Positions 1 through 10,437 of a DNA stretch of 64,000 nucleotides are shown here, piece after piece; the first letter of the stretch is position 1; each line of letters begins with the position of its first letter. The stretch spans positions 82,646,001-82,710,000 of the forward strand of contig OX597822.1 in assembly GCA_951406725.2 (NCBI GenBank), written 5' to 3'. This stretch comes from Octopus vulgaris. Lineage: Eukaryota. The position numbers were made by a program, and so were the translations under genes. A model generated the notes under the pieces. That model was not told the DNA's origin, did no database searches, and saw only the letters and a list, made by a program, of their open reading frames with translations.

Positions 1-152
1 GGATTCTAACAAACTGCGGGATTTTTATTTTTACTTCCACAATTTAGATTTAATTTTGTGCGGGGAAAATATCAAACCAGTTACATAAAAATCAGGAAAT
101 AAAACAAGTACAAGTATCTTAATATCTAATCAAGACGTGTGTGTGTGTGTGT

Positions 153-193
<41 letters not shown>

Positions 194-882
194 TGTATAT
201 ATATATATATACACACACACACACATATACACGTATATACACACACACACAAAGAGCATTGCTTGTATGACTAATGCTCATTTACAGCCATCACATGATG
301 TTAAGAGAAAGGCATAGAGACTGCCTGGAACAATGGACATGATGATGATGATGATGATGATAAGTGAAGATAATCTCAAGAAACTAGAATCCTAATTGTC
401 TGAAGACTTAAGGACAACTATAGACAGGTTTCTGCTTCTATAGGCATCATCAGCACAGCAATTGTCTTACCTAAGGACTTAAAAATACTAAAAGAGTAGA
501 GGACATTTATGGAAGCAAGCATAGTTTTCAGTAAATCAATAATTTATCTTGTATGGTATCTAATATATCTGTATTTGTCTGTGTTATTCCTATTCATATC
601 ATTGGCCACCCTGAGTTATTTCTCTCAGTTCCTTTATGCATATTACTCTGGGTGTTTCTGTTCATGTCTCAGGCACTTAAAATGTTGTCTGCTGAGATTA
701 AATTCTTCCCCTTTAACCTCTATCATTTTTTTTTTTACTGCAGACTTATTTGTTCTCTCTGATAGGCTATTTTCATATTTTATATATATCTACATATCAA
801 AGGAAAATAACTTATAAACACATCTCTTAATCTCTCTCTTTCTCCTCTTTATATATATATATATATATATACACATACATGC

Positions 883-924
<42 letters not shown>

Positions 925-929
925 CATGC

Positions 930-972
<43 letters not shown>

Positions 973-1209
973 AGATAGGGGTTGAAAATTCAACCCACCA
1001 TGGGATAATATATATCCAATATACTGCTAGATAGGTACCCAACAAAAATAATACATAGATGTTAAAAATTGTCAAGCAATCAGTTCATCTATTGTATTAA
1101 ATGGGTAAAGGTAATAATATTACCGTAAATATAGTTATTTCGATCTTGAAAGGATGGACTTGGTGCTAACTTAACTGTATCTATTTTTAGTATTTTTTTA
1201 TTATTATTA

Positions 1210-1253
<44 letters not shown>

Positions 1254-1585
1254 AGTAATTTTTATTAACTTTTATAGCTTTAGAATTTTATGAACTGTAC
1301 CACGGATTTAATTATTATTTTTCATCTCCATATGTGTTAGCCTTTTTTTATAAAAAAAACTATTAGCCAAATATGTATAATATCGGTACTTATTAATATT
1401 AATATATACACTGTTATATATTTTGTTTTATATTGTTCTGTTTACCTTCCTTTTTGTACAAATGTGTATTATATTATATAAGTGTAGCATTATGATATAT
1501 AAGTTTTTATATTTTACATTTTTATATTTTTATATTTATATGTATATGATTATATAATATTTTTCACTATTATAACAAATTTAAT

Positions 1586-1705
1586 TTAATTCTCTGAAGA
1601 GGCCGTGGGGCATCCTTGTTAATGCCTCATTTATACCTGCCTTTATGGCTTATAGGTTAAATGAGGTATGACTGTCCTCACTGCCGAAACAGCTGTCAGT
1701 TTTGA
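1586..1705 (+). ncRNA. Type I hammerhead ribozyme motif with extended stem II, in a (TA)n-bounded Penelope-like cassette (~966-1900)
   Basis: CTGAAGA at 1594-1600; stem II GGCcGTGGGG...CCTCACtGCC enclosing ATGCCTCATTTA/TAAATGAGGTAT; GAAACAGCTGTC at 1686-1697 with palindromic stem III and GUC triplet; stem I imperfect. Confidence 0.7.
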
Positions 1706-1890
1706 TTTATTTGCATATTATATTTGAATTTTTTACTTATATCTCTTTATCTTTTTACTTTTACTATTACTGTATATCTCATTTCATTTTATATATTGCC
1801 TTTACTCATATGTAATGGTGTATTAAAGTATGGATTGAGTATCATCGGATAGTTGATGCTTTACTGATTTAAGTATGTTTCTCCATTCTC

Positions 1891-1928
<38 letters not shown>

Positions 1929-2167
1929 CACATGTATATGGATGAGACATTGTCTCATCCATTGCTTTAGGTCGTGCTGAATTTTATTTTTATTTGAGAA
2001 CAAAATCTTTGTGGAGAATGGCGATTTGACATCTATATCTAGCATGTTGACTGTCCACTTTTTCGTGTTCAGTCCTTAATTGGTATATATAAATATTTTA
2101 ATCTTCGGATTCTTTTTAATGTGCTAGACCACTGGTTTTAATTGACTAATATCAATTTTTACCCTTA

Positions 2168-2219
<52 letters not shown>

Positions 2220-2245
2220 ACATGTATATATATACACATACATGC

Positions 2246-2279
<34 letters not shown>

Positions 2280-2312
2280 TACATACACATGTATATATAT
2301 ACACATACATGC

Positions 2313-2349
<37 letters not shown>

Positions 2350-2406
2350 TAAGAGAAGAAAATGGAATGTTATTGATTGATATTTATTAATAAACTGATA
2401 ATCATT

Positions 2407-2506
2407 TCTTCCTACAGCTATTTCCATTTGTACTCATTAAATAAATTACAAATTTATGCATTAAATTTGCATTTATAAGTTATGAGCAAAGTATCATCAG
2501 GGAAAA
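2407..2506 (-). ncRNA. Type I hammerhead ribozyme motif with extended stem II, in a (TA)n-bounded cassette
   Basis: Minus strand reads tttcc-CTGATGA-[~70 nt hairpin]-GAAATAGCTGTA-ggaag; stem I UUUCC/GGAAG; GUA triplet. Confidence 0.7.
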
Positions 2507-2860
2507 GTTAGACATTATAAAATTACACATTGATCTATTTGTTCATTGAACAGATAGGTCAGCATGTTATATTTATTGACCTCTATGTCATCAATTTCCT
2601 GTTCACCATGCGGTAGTTTCCAATTAACTGTTACCCATATACCAACACCAACCATGACACTGCATGACCTTCCTCAACCAATCATATATTGGTAATAACA
2701 ATCTATTTCTGACATTCAAATTCAAAACAGCTGATGACAAGCATCACACATGAAACTCAAGAGTACCAATGAATTTGAATCAAACTGTTTTGATTCACAC
2801 ATGTAACTCCCAATAAATTTGTTGAGTGTCTTTCTTTCTTTTGCCCACTCACTTGTGTAC

Positions 2861-2907
<47 letters not shown>

Positions 2908-3110
2908 CATAGGTGTGTCTATGTGTAAATGTTTGTTTTTATGTTAAGTTATGACAACTATTTTACATTAAACTAAAAGATTACTTTGAAGTCACTGTAG
3001 GTGTTACTTTTGTTGAAGAATAATAAATAAATACACACACACACAAACCACAAACCCACACCAGCAGGAAAAGTGTTAAATGATGATGATGAGGAGGAGA
3101 TAGAATATAT

Positions 3111-3308
3111 CTCTTTACTCTTTTACTTGTTTCAGTCATTTGGCTGCGGCCATACTGGAGCACTGCCTTTAGTCGAGCAAATTGACCCCAGAACATTCTT
3201 ATCGGTCTCTTTTGCCGAACTGCTAACTTACAGGGATGTAGACACACCAGCATCAGTTGTCAAGCAATGTTGGGGGGGACAAACACAGACACACAAACAT
3301 AAACGCAC

Positions 3309-3339
<31 letters not shown>

Positions 3340-3510
3340 CATATATACGGTGGGCTTCATTCAGTTTCTGTCAACCAAATCCACTCACAAGACTTTCGTT
3401 GGCTCGAGAGTATAGTAGAAGACACTTGCCCAAGGAGCCACACAGTGCGACAGAACCCAGAACCATGTGGTTGGTAAGCAAGCTACTTACCACACAGCCA
3501 CTCCTGCACC
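3111..3510 (-). mobile_element. tRNA-derived SINE family A, near full length
   Basis: On the minus strand: head GGAGTGGCTGTGTGGTAAGTAGC...GGTTC (A/B-box-like), internal TA/CA microsatellite, tail CTGAAACAAGTAAAAGAGTAAAGAG; matches many other copies in the window. Confidence 0.85.
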
Positions 3511-3511
3511 C

Positions 3512-3548
<37 letters not shown>

Positions 3549-3787
3549 GACACTAACTGAAGTGAATTTCTTTCCTATGTCTTTATACACCCACACATCT
3601 CATTCCCTCTCCCTCTCTCCCTCCCTCCCTCTCTCTCCCTCTCTCTCTCTCCCTCTCTCTCTCTCTCTCTCCCTCCTATCTCCCTCTCTTTCTCTGTCTG
3701 GTTCATATAATCCTTTATTGACAAAATGAAACAATGGAACATACTTAACTCTATTTAATTCTGTTCTTCCATCTCTCGCTCACTCAC

Positions 3788-3822
<35 letters not shown>

Positions 3823-4004
3823 TTTCCCCCCTTCTATCCCCCCTCCAATGTTTAAGCGTCTCATTAATAGAAGTGGGGGAGGGGGTGACTTAATAGCCTA
3901 AATTACATACATGCCCATTCACTGCAACACACACACACAGATTACATAATGCTGAGATCTGCCATCTACAGCTTCTCAGAACCCATCCATGCACATCTAT
4001 ATGC

Positions 4005-4036
<32 letters not shown>

Positions 4037-4518
4037 TGTATCTGCCTCTGTGTGTATGTGTATGCATGTTTGTGTGTTTGTGTGTGTGTGTGTGAGTGCA
4101 TATGTAAGCATCAATAAATGCAAGTTAATTGCTAACTACTAATCCAAGTTGCTGTTTATTTGTACACGACCTTATCATTATTGTTGTTGTTGTTACATAT
4201 GAATGTGTAAATCCGCGTAAACGTCTGTGTGTGTGTGTGTGTGTGTGTATGTGAAAGAGAAAATTATGCATGTGTGTGTGAGGGTAAGAAAGGGAAGGTG
4301 AATGTCATACGGAATATACTTAGTATTTGGCAAGGACAACACTCTTTAGTTCTTGGATTTTACTGTTGGCTAGTCATGTGTTCCATTTCCTGTTGTTATT
4401 GTGCCCAGCCTCAGTGTAAAAACAATGCAGGTGAGACGCTCACTCCATACCTTATATCTATATATGTTATACACACATACTCACTATATATGTGTGTGTG
4501 TGTGTGTGTTTGTGTATA

Positions 4519-4724
4519 CTTAGAAGGTTGTTGGTTATGGCCGGTCAGAGAGTGACCTTTGGTTTGGCTCCTATAAGGTTCTTAGTGAAAGAGGTAGCTT
4601 GTCAGACTCACTGGTTATGTTCCTCTCGCCATTGAGTTTGACGAGTCACACACAAAACTAAGAACCTTATTGGTGCAAAACTAGTGGTCACTCTCTGACC
4701 AACAATAGCCAACAACCTTTTAAG
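4519..4724. repeat. Foldback (MITE-like) imperfect palindrome
   Basis: GGTTGTTGGTTAT..GGTCAGAGAGTGACC..ATAAGGTTCTTAGT pairs with ACTAAGAACCTTAT..GGTCACTCTCTGACC..ATAGCCAACAACC. Confidence 0.8.
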
Positions 4725-4825
4725 CATTATTTCTCTAAATTTTGAGAGTGAGCTTCTTTTCAGATTTATAAACGACTGACCAATATCATGTATTTGTGTA
4801 TATTCTTTTATTCTTTTACACGTTT

Positions 4826-5030
4826 CATTCATTTCACTTCAGCCATGCTGGAGCTCTGCCTTAAAGGGTTTTAGTGCAAGAAATCAACCCCCAGGACTTA
4901 ATCTTTGTAAGCCTAGTACTTGTTCTATCGGTCTCTTTTGCTGAAACTCTGAGCTATGAAGACATAAATACACCAACATTGGTTGTCAAATGATGGTGGT
5001 GGGACCAACACAGGCACAAAAACACACACA
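4826..5030 (-). mobile_element. SINE family A, 3' half
   Basis: Matches 3' half of the 23957-24358 copy in reverse complement. Confidence 0.75.
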
Positions 5031-5139
5031 TAAATATATATAGGGGGAAGCTTTATGAAAATAGACAAAAGACGAAGGCAGGTGGAAAACAAACAAACAA
5101 TTGTATTAGTATGCCGCTCAGGAAATATAAATAAAACAA

Positions 5140-5179
5140 GTCTTTAACGTTTCGAGCCTACGCTCTTCAACAGAAAGAT
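5140..5179 (-). ncRNA. Minimal hammerhead motif (A6U variant) in a Penelope-like terminal fragment (~5040-5250)
   Basis: Minus strand: tcttt-CTGTTGA-aGAGC gtag GCTC-GAAAC GTT-aaaga; 5-bp stem I, 4-bp stem II, AACGTT palindrome. Confidence 0.55.
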
Positions 5180-5255
5180 ACACAGAGAGAAAAAAACACA
5201 GAAAGAAGGAGAGAAAAAAAATGCGTGCAGTAACTAACGAACCAACATGGATGTA

Positions 5256-5294
<39 letters not shown>

Positions 5295-5316
5295 GTATAT
5301 ATATATATATATATAT

Positions 5317-5520
5317 CATCATCATCATCATCATCATCGTCGTTTAACGTCCGCTTTCCATGCTAGCATGGGTTGGACGGTTCAACTGGGGTCTGGGGAG
5401 CCCGAAGGCTGCACCAGGCCAGTCAGATCTGGCACTGTTTCTACAGCTGGATGCCCTTCCTAACGCCAACCACTCCGTGAGTGTAGTGGGTGATTTTATG
5501 TGCCACCGACACAGGTGCCA
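5317..5520 (-). mobile_element. SINE family C with (GAT)n tail
   Basis: Minus strand has TGGCGTTAGGAAGGGCATCCAGCTGTAGAAAC...CCCATGCTAGCATGGAAAGCGGACGTTAAACGA(C/T)GATGATG; related copies at ~5848-6023(-), 11210-11300(+), 13110-13282(+), 15160-15295(+), 21529-21745(-), 23853-23950(-), 27400-27505(+). Confidence 0.8.
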
Positions 5521-5725
5521 GACGAGGCTGGATATATATATATATATATATCCTCCTTCTTCTTCCTTGCCAAGAATTCACAATGACCTCAAACCCACAA
5601 GAGTAAACAAGAGAGACAGAGACAGGCAGAAACAAGGAAAATGCCCCTCATATTTGAACACTATGCAAATATTCTTTTAAAGAACTTTTCTTTTAATTTT
5701 TCCAAAATTTAATTCTTTTCCATAC

Positions 5726-5767
5726 TTACAGTTGAAAAAGTCTCAATGACTGAAACCGGTACTGAAA
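5726..5767 (+). ncRNA. Minimal hammerhead motif with compensated U3-A8 core
   Basis: cag-TTGAAAA-AGTC tcaat GACT-GAAA CCGG TA-ctg. Confidence 0.65.
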
Positions 5768-5800
5768 TATTTTAGCATTTTCTACCTTGACATTTTTTTC

Positions 5801-5838
<38 letters not shown>

Positions 5839-6632
5839 TTTACTCCTCATCATCATTATTTAACATCCGTTTTCCATGCTGGCATGAGTTGGACGGTTCG
5901 ACTGGTGTCTGGGAAGCCAGGAGGCTGCACCAGGCCTCAGTCTGATCTGGCAGTGTTTCTACAGCTGGATGCCCTTTCTAATGCCAACCACTCCAAGAGT
6001 GTACTGGGTGCTTTTTTTTTACGTGCATGTATATATGATGGGCTTTTTGAACAAGAATATTATTGATAGTGACTTCGAAGTTTAGGCCAGTTAAGCTATC
6101 ATTGAACTGCTATGCATTAAGATTAATCTTGGCTTTATAGAGTCTCTGTTGAGTTAAAATCCTTGTTGCATGTGTGGGTGTGAGTGGAGTGATAATTAGG
6201 TTTTAGGGTGGGTTGTTTTGGAGGGGTGTGTTGGAGAAATTTTTATTGATTAAATGTGTTTTTATCAATAATATTCTATTTTAAGTATGATAAATGTGTA
6301 CTCTACTAAAGTATAGAGTAACCCACACGACTTATGTAAAATTGTTTTTATTATAACTGAACATAAAAGCAAATATTAATGTGTGTGTGTGTGTGTCACC
6401 TAAATTGAAGAATAAAGAAAGAACAAGAAAGGGTTAATGGACTTGCAAACAATCTGCATCTGTATCAATGTATAATAAATAACTGAGGTTAAATACTCGT
6501 AGATGCCATCTGCATGTAAAAGCAATAGTTAATATTAATGTATCTAATATAACAAGTGGCTTTTACTTTAAATATGTGTATGCATGTGTATACCTTCATC
6601 ATCGTCATCAATACTTGGACATTATTGTCTCT

Positions 6633-6750
6633 ACCTTTCATCCTTTCAGGGTCGATAAATTAAGTGCCAGTTGCATACTGGGGTCGATCTAATCAACTGG
6701 TCCGCTCCCCCCAAATTTTGGGCCTTGTGCCTAGAGTAGAAAAGATTATT
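6633..6750 (+). mobile_element. SINE family B, 3' part (tail type ...GGCCTTGTGCCTAGAGTAGAAAAGATTATT)
   Basis: Core CCTTTCATCCTTTCAGGGTCGATAAATTAAGT.CCAGTTG..TACTGGGGTCGAT shared with other family B copies. Confidence 0.8.
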
Positions 6751-6949
6751 GTCTCAACTCCTAAGACTCATAGAGCAAGCTACTGGTTTCCATGACATTA
6801 TAAATAACCAAGATCAGTTTTCCTCCTGGATGCGATGCCAGTCCATTGTAAGGTTACTCATTTTAGATGTATATATATTCACATAGGCACAGGAGTGGGT
6901 GTGTATATAGATAGATAGATGGGTAATGCTTGTATATATAATATAGCAA

Positions 6950-7019
<70 letters not shown>

Positions 7020-7029
7020 AAGTATATAT

Positions 7030-7804
7030 ATATATAAGAATGAATGTTTTTATATATAATGAACGTGAAACACAGGAAGGGACGAACACGGAACACAGAC
7101 AAATCATTCGAAGCCTTCAATCTTCAGTCAGACACCGAACCATCATAGCAAATTTCGGCTGTTCAATTCTGATATTTGCTCCAACTCGGCCAGCCCCAAG
7201 AAAAAAAACTAAGCTGTAAGCATTAGATTTCTTGGTAGAAGACAGGAATGTGAACGCACAAGACGGATGTAAACACAAGAGACGAAAACGAAATTGAAAA
7301 CGGTAATGAACAAACAAAACATATATAACGGTGGTTGTCATACGACTTTAGACCAAATGAGACAGAAACAACAACAACATAGCTGGCGTAGAAATAATTA
7401 CCGTTTCGGTAGTGGGGACACATGTTGGTCGAGATACGAAGGCCAACAGAATGGTTTAAGAAGCAGCAGGTCGCAGGAGAGAGAGAGAAAGAGAGACAGA
7501 GAGAGAGGGAATCAAAGAGGGTGGAAGGCAGGGGACAGAATCAGTGACCAAGAGAAAAGGAGAAAGAAGGGATTATATATATATATATAAAGCTCTTAGC
7601 TTAGTTTTTCCTGGGGCTGGCCAGATTGGAGCAATCTCAAGATTAATCAGCCGAAATTGTGAGGATGATCCGGTTCTTGACTGAGGATAGAAAGCTTCAA
7701 ATGACTTGTCCATGTGTTTTTGTATCATCTATCTGGATGTTTTGCTGTCCCCTTTTTGTATCATCTAGTTGTCCAGATGTTTTGCGTGCTTGTCCTATTT
7801 TGCA

Positions 7805-7810
<6 letters not shown>
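7030..7810. mobile_element. Inverted pair of related (TA)n-bounded repeat fragments (probable Penelope-like ends)
   Basis: Reverse complement of 7090-7222 aligns with 7594-7725 (AGCTTAGTTTTT..TGGGGCTGGCC...CAGCCGAAATT...TGACTGA.GAT.GAA.GCTTC.AATGA); both run outward into (TA)n. Confidence 0.6.
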
Positions 7811-7839
<29 letters not shown>

Positions 7840-7871
7840 TATATATGTGTGTGTGCATATACATATATGTG

Positions 7872-7935
<64 letters not shown>

Positions 7936-8039
7936 CTGATGGATAGATAGACTGATGGATAGATAGACTGATGGATTGATAGATAGATAGATAGACTGAT
8001 GGATAGATAGATAGATAGATAGACTGATGGATAGATAGA
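7872..8039. repeat. Compound (GATA)n / GATAGACTGATG microsatellite, left flank of LINE
   Basis: Directly visible; same compound unit resumes at 10215-10437. Confidence 0.95.
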
Positions 8040-10214
8040 TATGTTTCTTTATTAGCCACACAGGGCTGCACACAGATAGAACAAATTACAAGGTAGAGCT
8101 TTTCTTTTGAAGGTTTAAGAAAAAAAAAAAAAAAAAAAGGAAGGGGGAGTTTCGATCAAAAGGGATCGTAAAAGGAGAGAAAGAGGACAAAAAAAGGGGG
8201 TTAAAAAAAGGGGGAGAGGAAAAAAATTGATCAATAGGGATCGTTATCACAGAAATGTCAATATGAAGTGTAAAGGGGAGGACAGGTGAGGTTTACCCGT
8301 GGAAAGAAAAGCCTACGGAAAAGACCACGGTAACCTCGGTCAATGATGTCACATTTTATATTTCTTTTTTTTTTTTTTTGCAAATAAGCAACTCTCTGTT
8401 TTCGATTTCTGGGTTCATAGGACTATGCTCAAGGTGGCTTCGTCATTCATACGCGCCATTCTTGCTACATTCACCCATCTTTTTTTAAAACATTCGCTAG
8501 ACAAAACTTGCCTCTCTACTCTCACTTTCCTTTTCAAGTGGTACTTGAAGAAGTTGATGAGAGATTGACCAGAGAGGAAAGTGTTTGTCTCCAATCCTTT
8601 CAGACGCGTCCACCAGATACATTCTTTCGCCATAGCCACAAGGATGATGAAAATAGCTCTTCCTTCCCGTTTGAAGGAAGGAGGCGTGACAATATTGACG
8701 ATAGACTCAGCTGATAAACCGACTCGTCCCACACGTGACAGCAGTTGTTCGACATAAGCCCACATTTCGGAAATTGTTGGACACTGAACGAGTGCGTGCA
8801 GAACGGTTTCGTCGCTCTGACCGCATCTCGGGCAGGTCGGCCCCGTGTTTCTCGAGCCGTGTCTGTAGAGCTTATCCCGAACGGGTAGCGCTTCTCGGTA
8901 GCACTGCCAGGCCAGGGATCTCTGGAAGTTGTCCATGGGCCCTGGCCCGAAAGTCGTCCTGAACAGGCGGGTCAGGTACTCCTCGTCGACGTCCAGGTTC
9001 GCCCCGAGCTCGTCGTCGTACCTCCCCTCCACTAAACCCCTATAGAATGCTTTGGTTGTGTTGAAGTCACTTAAGGTCGACCCAGGACGGCAGAGTTGCT
9101 TGAGAGCAACGCGACACTCGCGGTGCCATTCGCCCTTCCTCGGCCTCTTTTTGATCCACGACTGCAGTTCGGTCATGGAGACGAGCTGCGGGAAAGCGTG
9201 CCTCACAAACGGCGACCACACCTGTTCACCGTCGTCTACATAGAGCCAGAGATGCCGCAGTCTCATCGCGTGTCTGCGCATCATCAACCACGGCATGCCC
9301 AGCCCTCCTTTTAACGGGTGTTGACAGCAAATGGATCGCCTGACCATCGGGACGCATCCTTTCCACAAGAAGCGAAAGAGGATGCGTTGTAGTTTGGTGA
9401 TGGTAGGGTCGGGACAAGGTACGACGGTCAGGCGGTAGTAGATGACGGACGCGATGTACGTGTTCGCCACCTCCGCTCGACCTTTTAGGGACAGTTTCCT
9501 CTCGGCCCATTGCCGGGCGAGAGTGACCACCCTACTCGTTATCTCGTTCCAGTTCTTCTCCACTTGGAGGTCCGGACCGAACCAGACCCCGAGCAACTCA
9601 ACCGGGCCGTCGGTCCAGCGTCCCACGACGGAGGCGCTGGTGGACGGCATGGGCTTGCTTCTCCAGGTGCCTAGTCGCAAGCCCACTGACTTTTCCCGGT
9701 TGATTTTCGCTCCTGTCACCGCTTCGTAGTTTTTCAGTGTCTCGCCGACCAGCTCGATGTGCTCGTGGCTAGACACTATGACGGTGACGTCGTCCGCGTA
9801 TGCAGACACGCTCGTCCCGTATCCCAATTCTCGCGGGATGCCCCTTAGAGTCGCCAGCTTCCGCAGTAGTGGCTCAAGAGTCAATACGTATAGAAGCGCC
9901 GAGAGGGGGCATCCCTGACGGACCGAACGTGCAATGTCGAAAGGTCTCGATAGATGTCCATTTACGCGAATTACCGAACGGATGCCTCTGTACAAGGCAG
10001 CTATCCATCCGCGGAAAACGGGACCGAAACCAGCCGCTCTCAGGACTGCCCCCAAGTATCGATGGTCTACCCTATCAAAGGCTTTCGATTGATCCAAGTT
10101 GATCAGGGCCCCACCCATGCCAGGTTCGTTAACTACCCTGTCTATGATGTAGCGCATCAGATGGAGGTTGTCATGGATGGTCCGGCCTGGCACGGCGCAT
10201 GTTTGCGCCTTGTC
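8040..10214 (-). mobile_element. Young 5'-truncated non-LTR retrotransposon, Tx1/L1 clade
   Basis: GC/CpG-rich block in a CpG-poor background; uninterrupted ORF2 remnant; 3'UTR ending ...GGCTAATAAAGAAACATA; candidate 23-bp TSD AGATAGACTGATGGATAGATAGA at 8017-8039 and 10215-10237. Confidence 0.92.
8415..10214 (-). CDS. LINE ORF2 C-terminal ~600 codons: reverse transcriptase plus CCHC zinc knuckle (no endonuclease; 5'-truncated)
   Basis: RT motifs LDQSKAFDRV, RQGCPLS, YADD, KINREKS; GGLG motif; CPRCGQSDETVLHALVQC. Confidence 0.9.
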   Translation of the reverse strand, partial: DKAQTCAVPGRTIHDNLHLMRYIIDRVVNEPGMGGALINLDQSKAFDRVDHRYLGAVLRAAGFGPVFRGWIAALYRGIRSVIRVNGHLSRPFDIARSVRQGCPLSALLYVLTLEPLLRKLATLRGIPRELGYGTSVSAYADDVTVIVSSHEHIELVGETLKNYEAVTGAKINREKSVGLRLGTWRSKPMPSTSASVVGRWTDGPVELLGVWFGPDLQVEKNWNEITSRVVTLARQWAERKLSLKGRAEVANTYIASVIYYRLTVVPCPDPTITKLQRILFRFLWKGCVPMVRRSICCQHPLKGGLGMPWLMMRRHAMRLRHLWLYVDDGEQVWSPFVRHAFPQLVSMTELQSWIKKRPRKGEWHRECRVALKQLCRPGSTLSDFNTTKAFYRGLVEGRYDDELGANLDVDEEYLTRLFRTTFGPGPMDNFQRSLAWQCYREALPVRDKLYRHGSRNTGPTCPRCGQSDETVLHALVQCPTISEMWAYVEQLLSRVGRVGLSAESIVNIVTPPSFKREGRAIFIILVAMAKECIWWTRLKGLETNTFLSGQSLINFFKYHLKRKVRVERQVLSSECFKKRWVNVARMARMNDEATLSIVL

Positions 10215-10437
10215 AGATAGACTGATGGATAGATAGACTGATGGATAAATAGATAGATAGACTGATGGATAGATAGATAGATAGATAGACTGATGGATAG
10301 ATAGATAGATAGACTGATGGATAGATAGACTGATGGATAAATAGATAGACTGATGGATAGATAGACAGATAGACTGATGGATAGATAGATAGATAGATAG
10401 ATAAGACTGATGGATAGACAGATAGTTGGATGGATAG
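10215..10437. repeat. Compound (GATA)n / GATAGACTGATG microsatellite, right flank of LINE
   Basis: Directly visible. Confidence 0.95.

Noticed and set aside
6068-6110. Hammerhead-like remnant on minus strand (related one at ~31995-32035)
   Set aside because: Palindromic ACTTCGAAGT is present but both core boxes are altered; too degenerate to call.
8508-10220. Several plus-strand ORFs overlapping the LINE
   Set aside because: Antisense shadows of a GC-rich coding strand.
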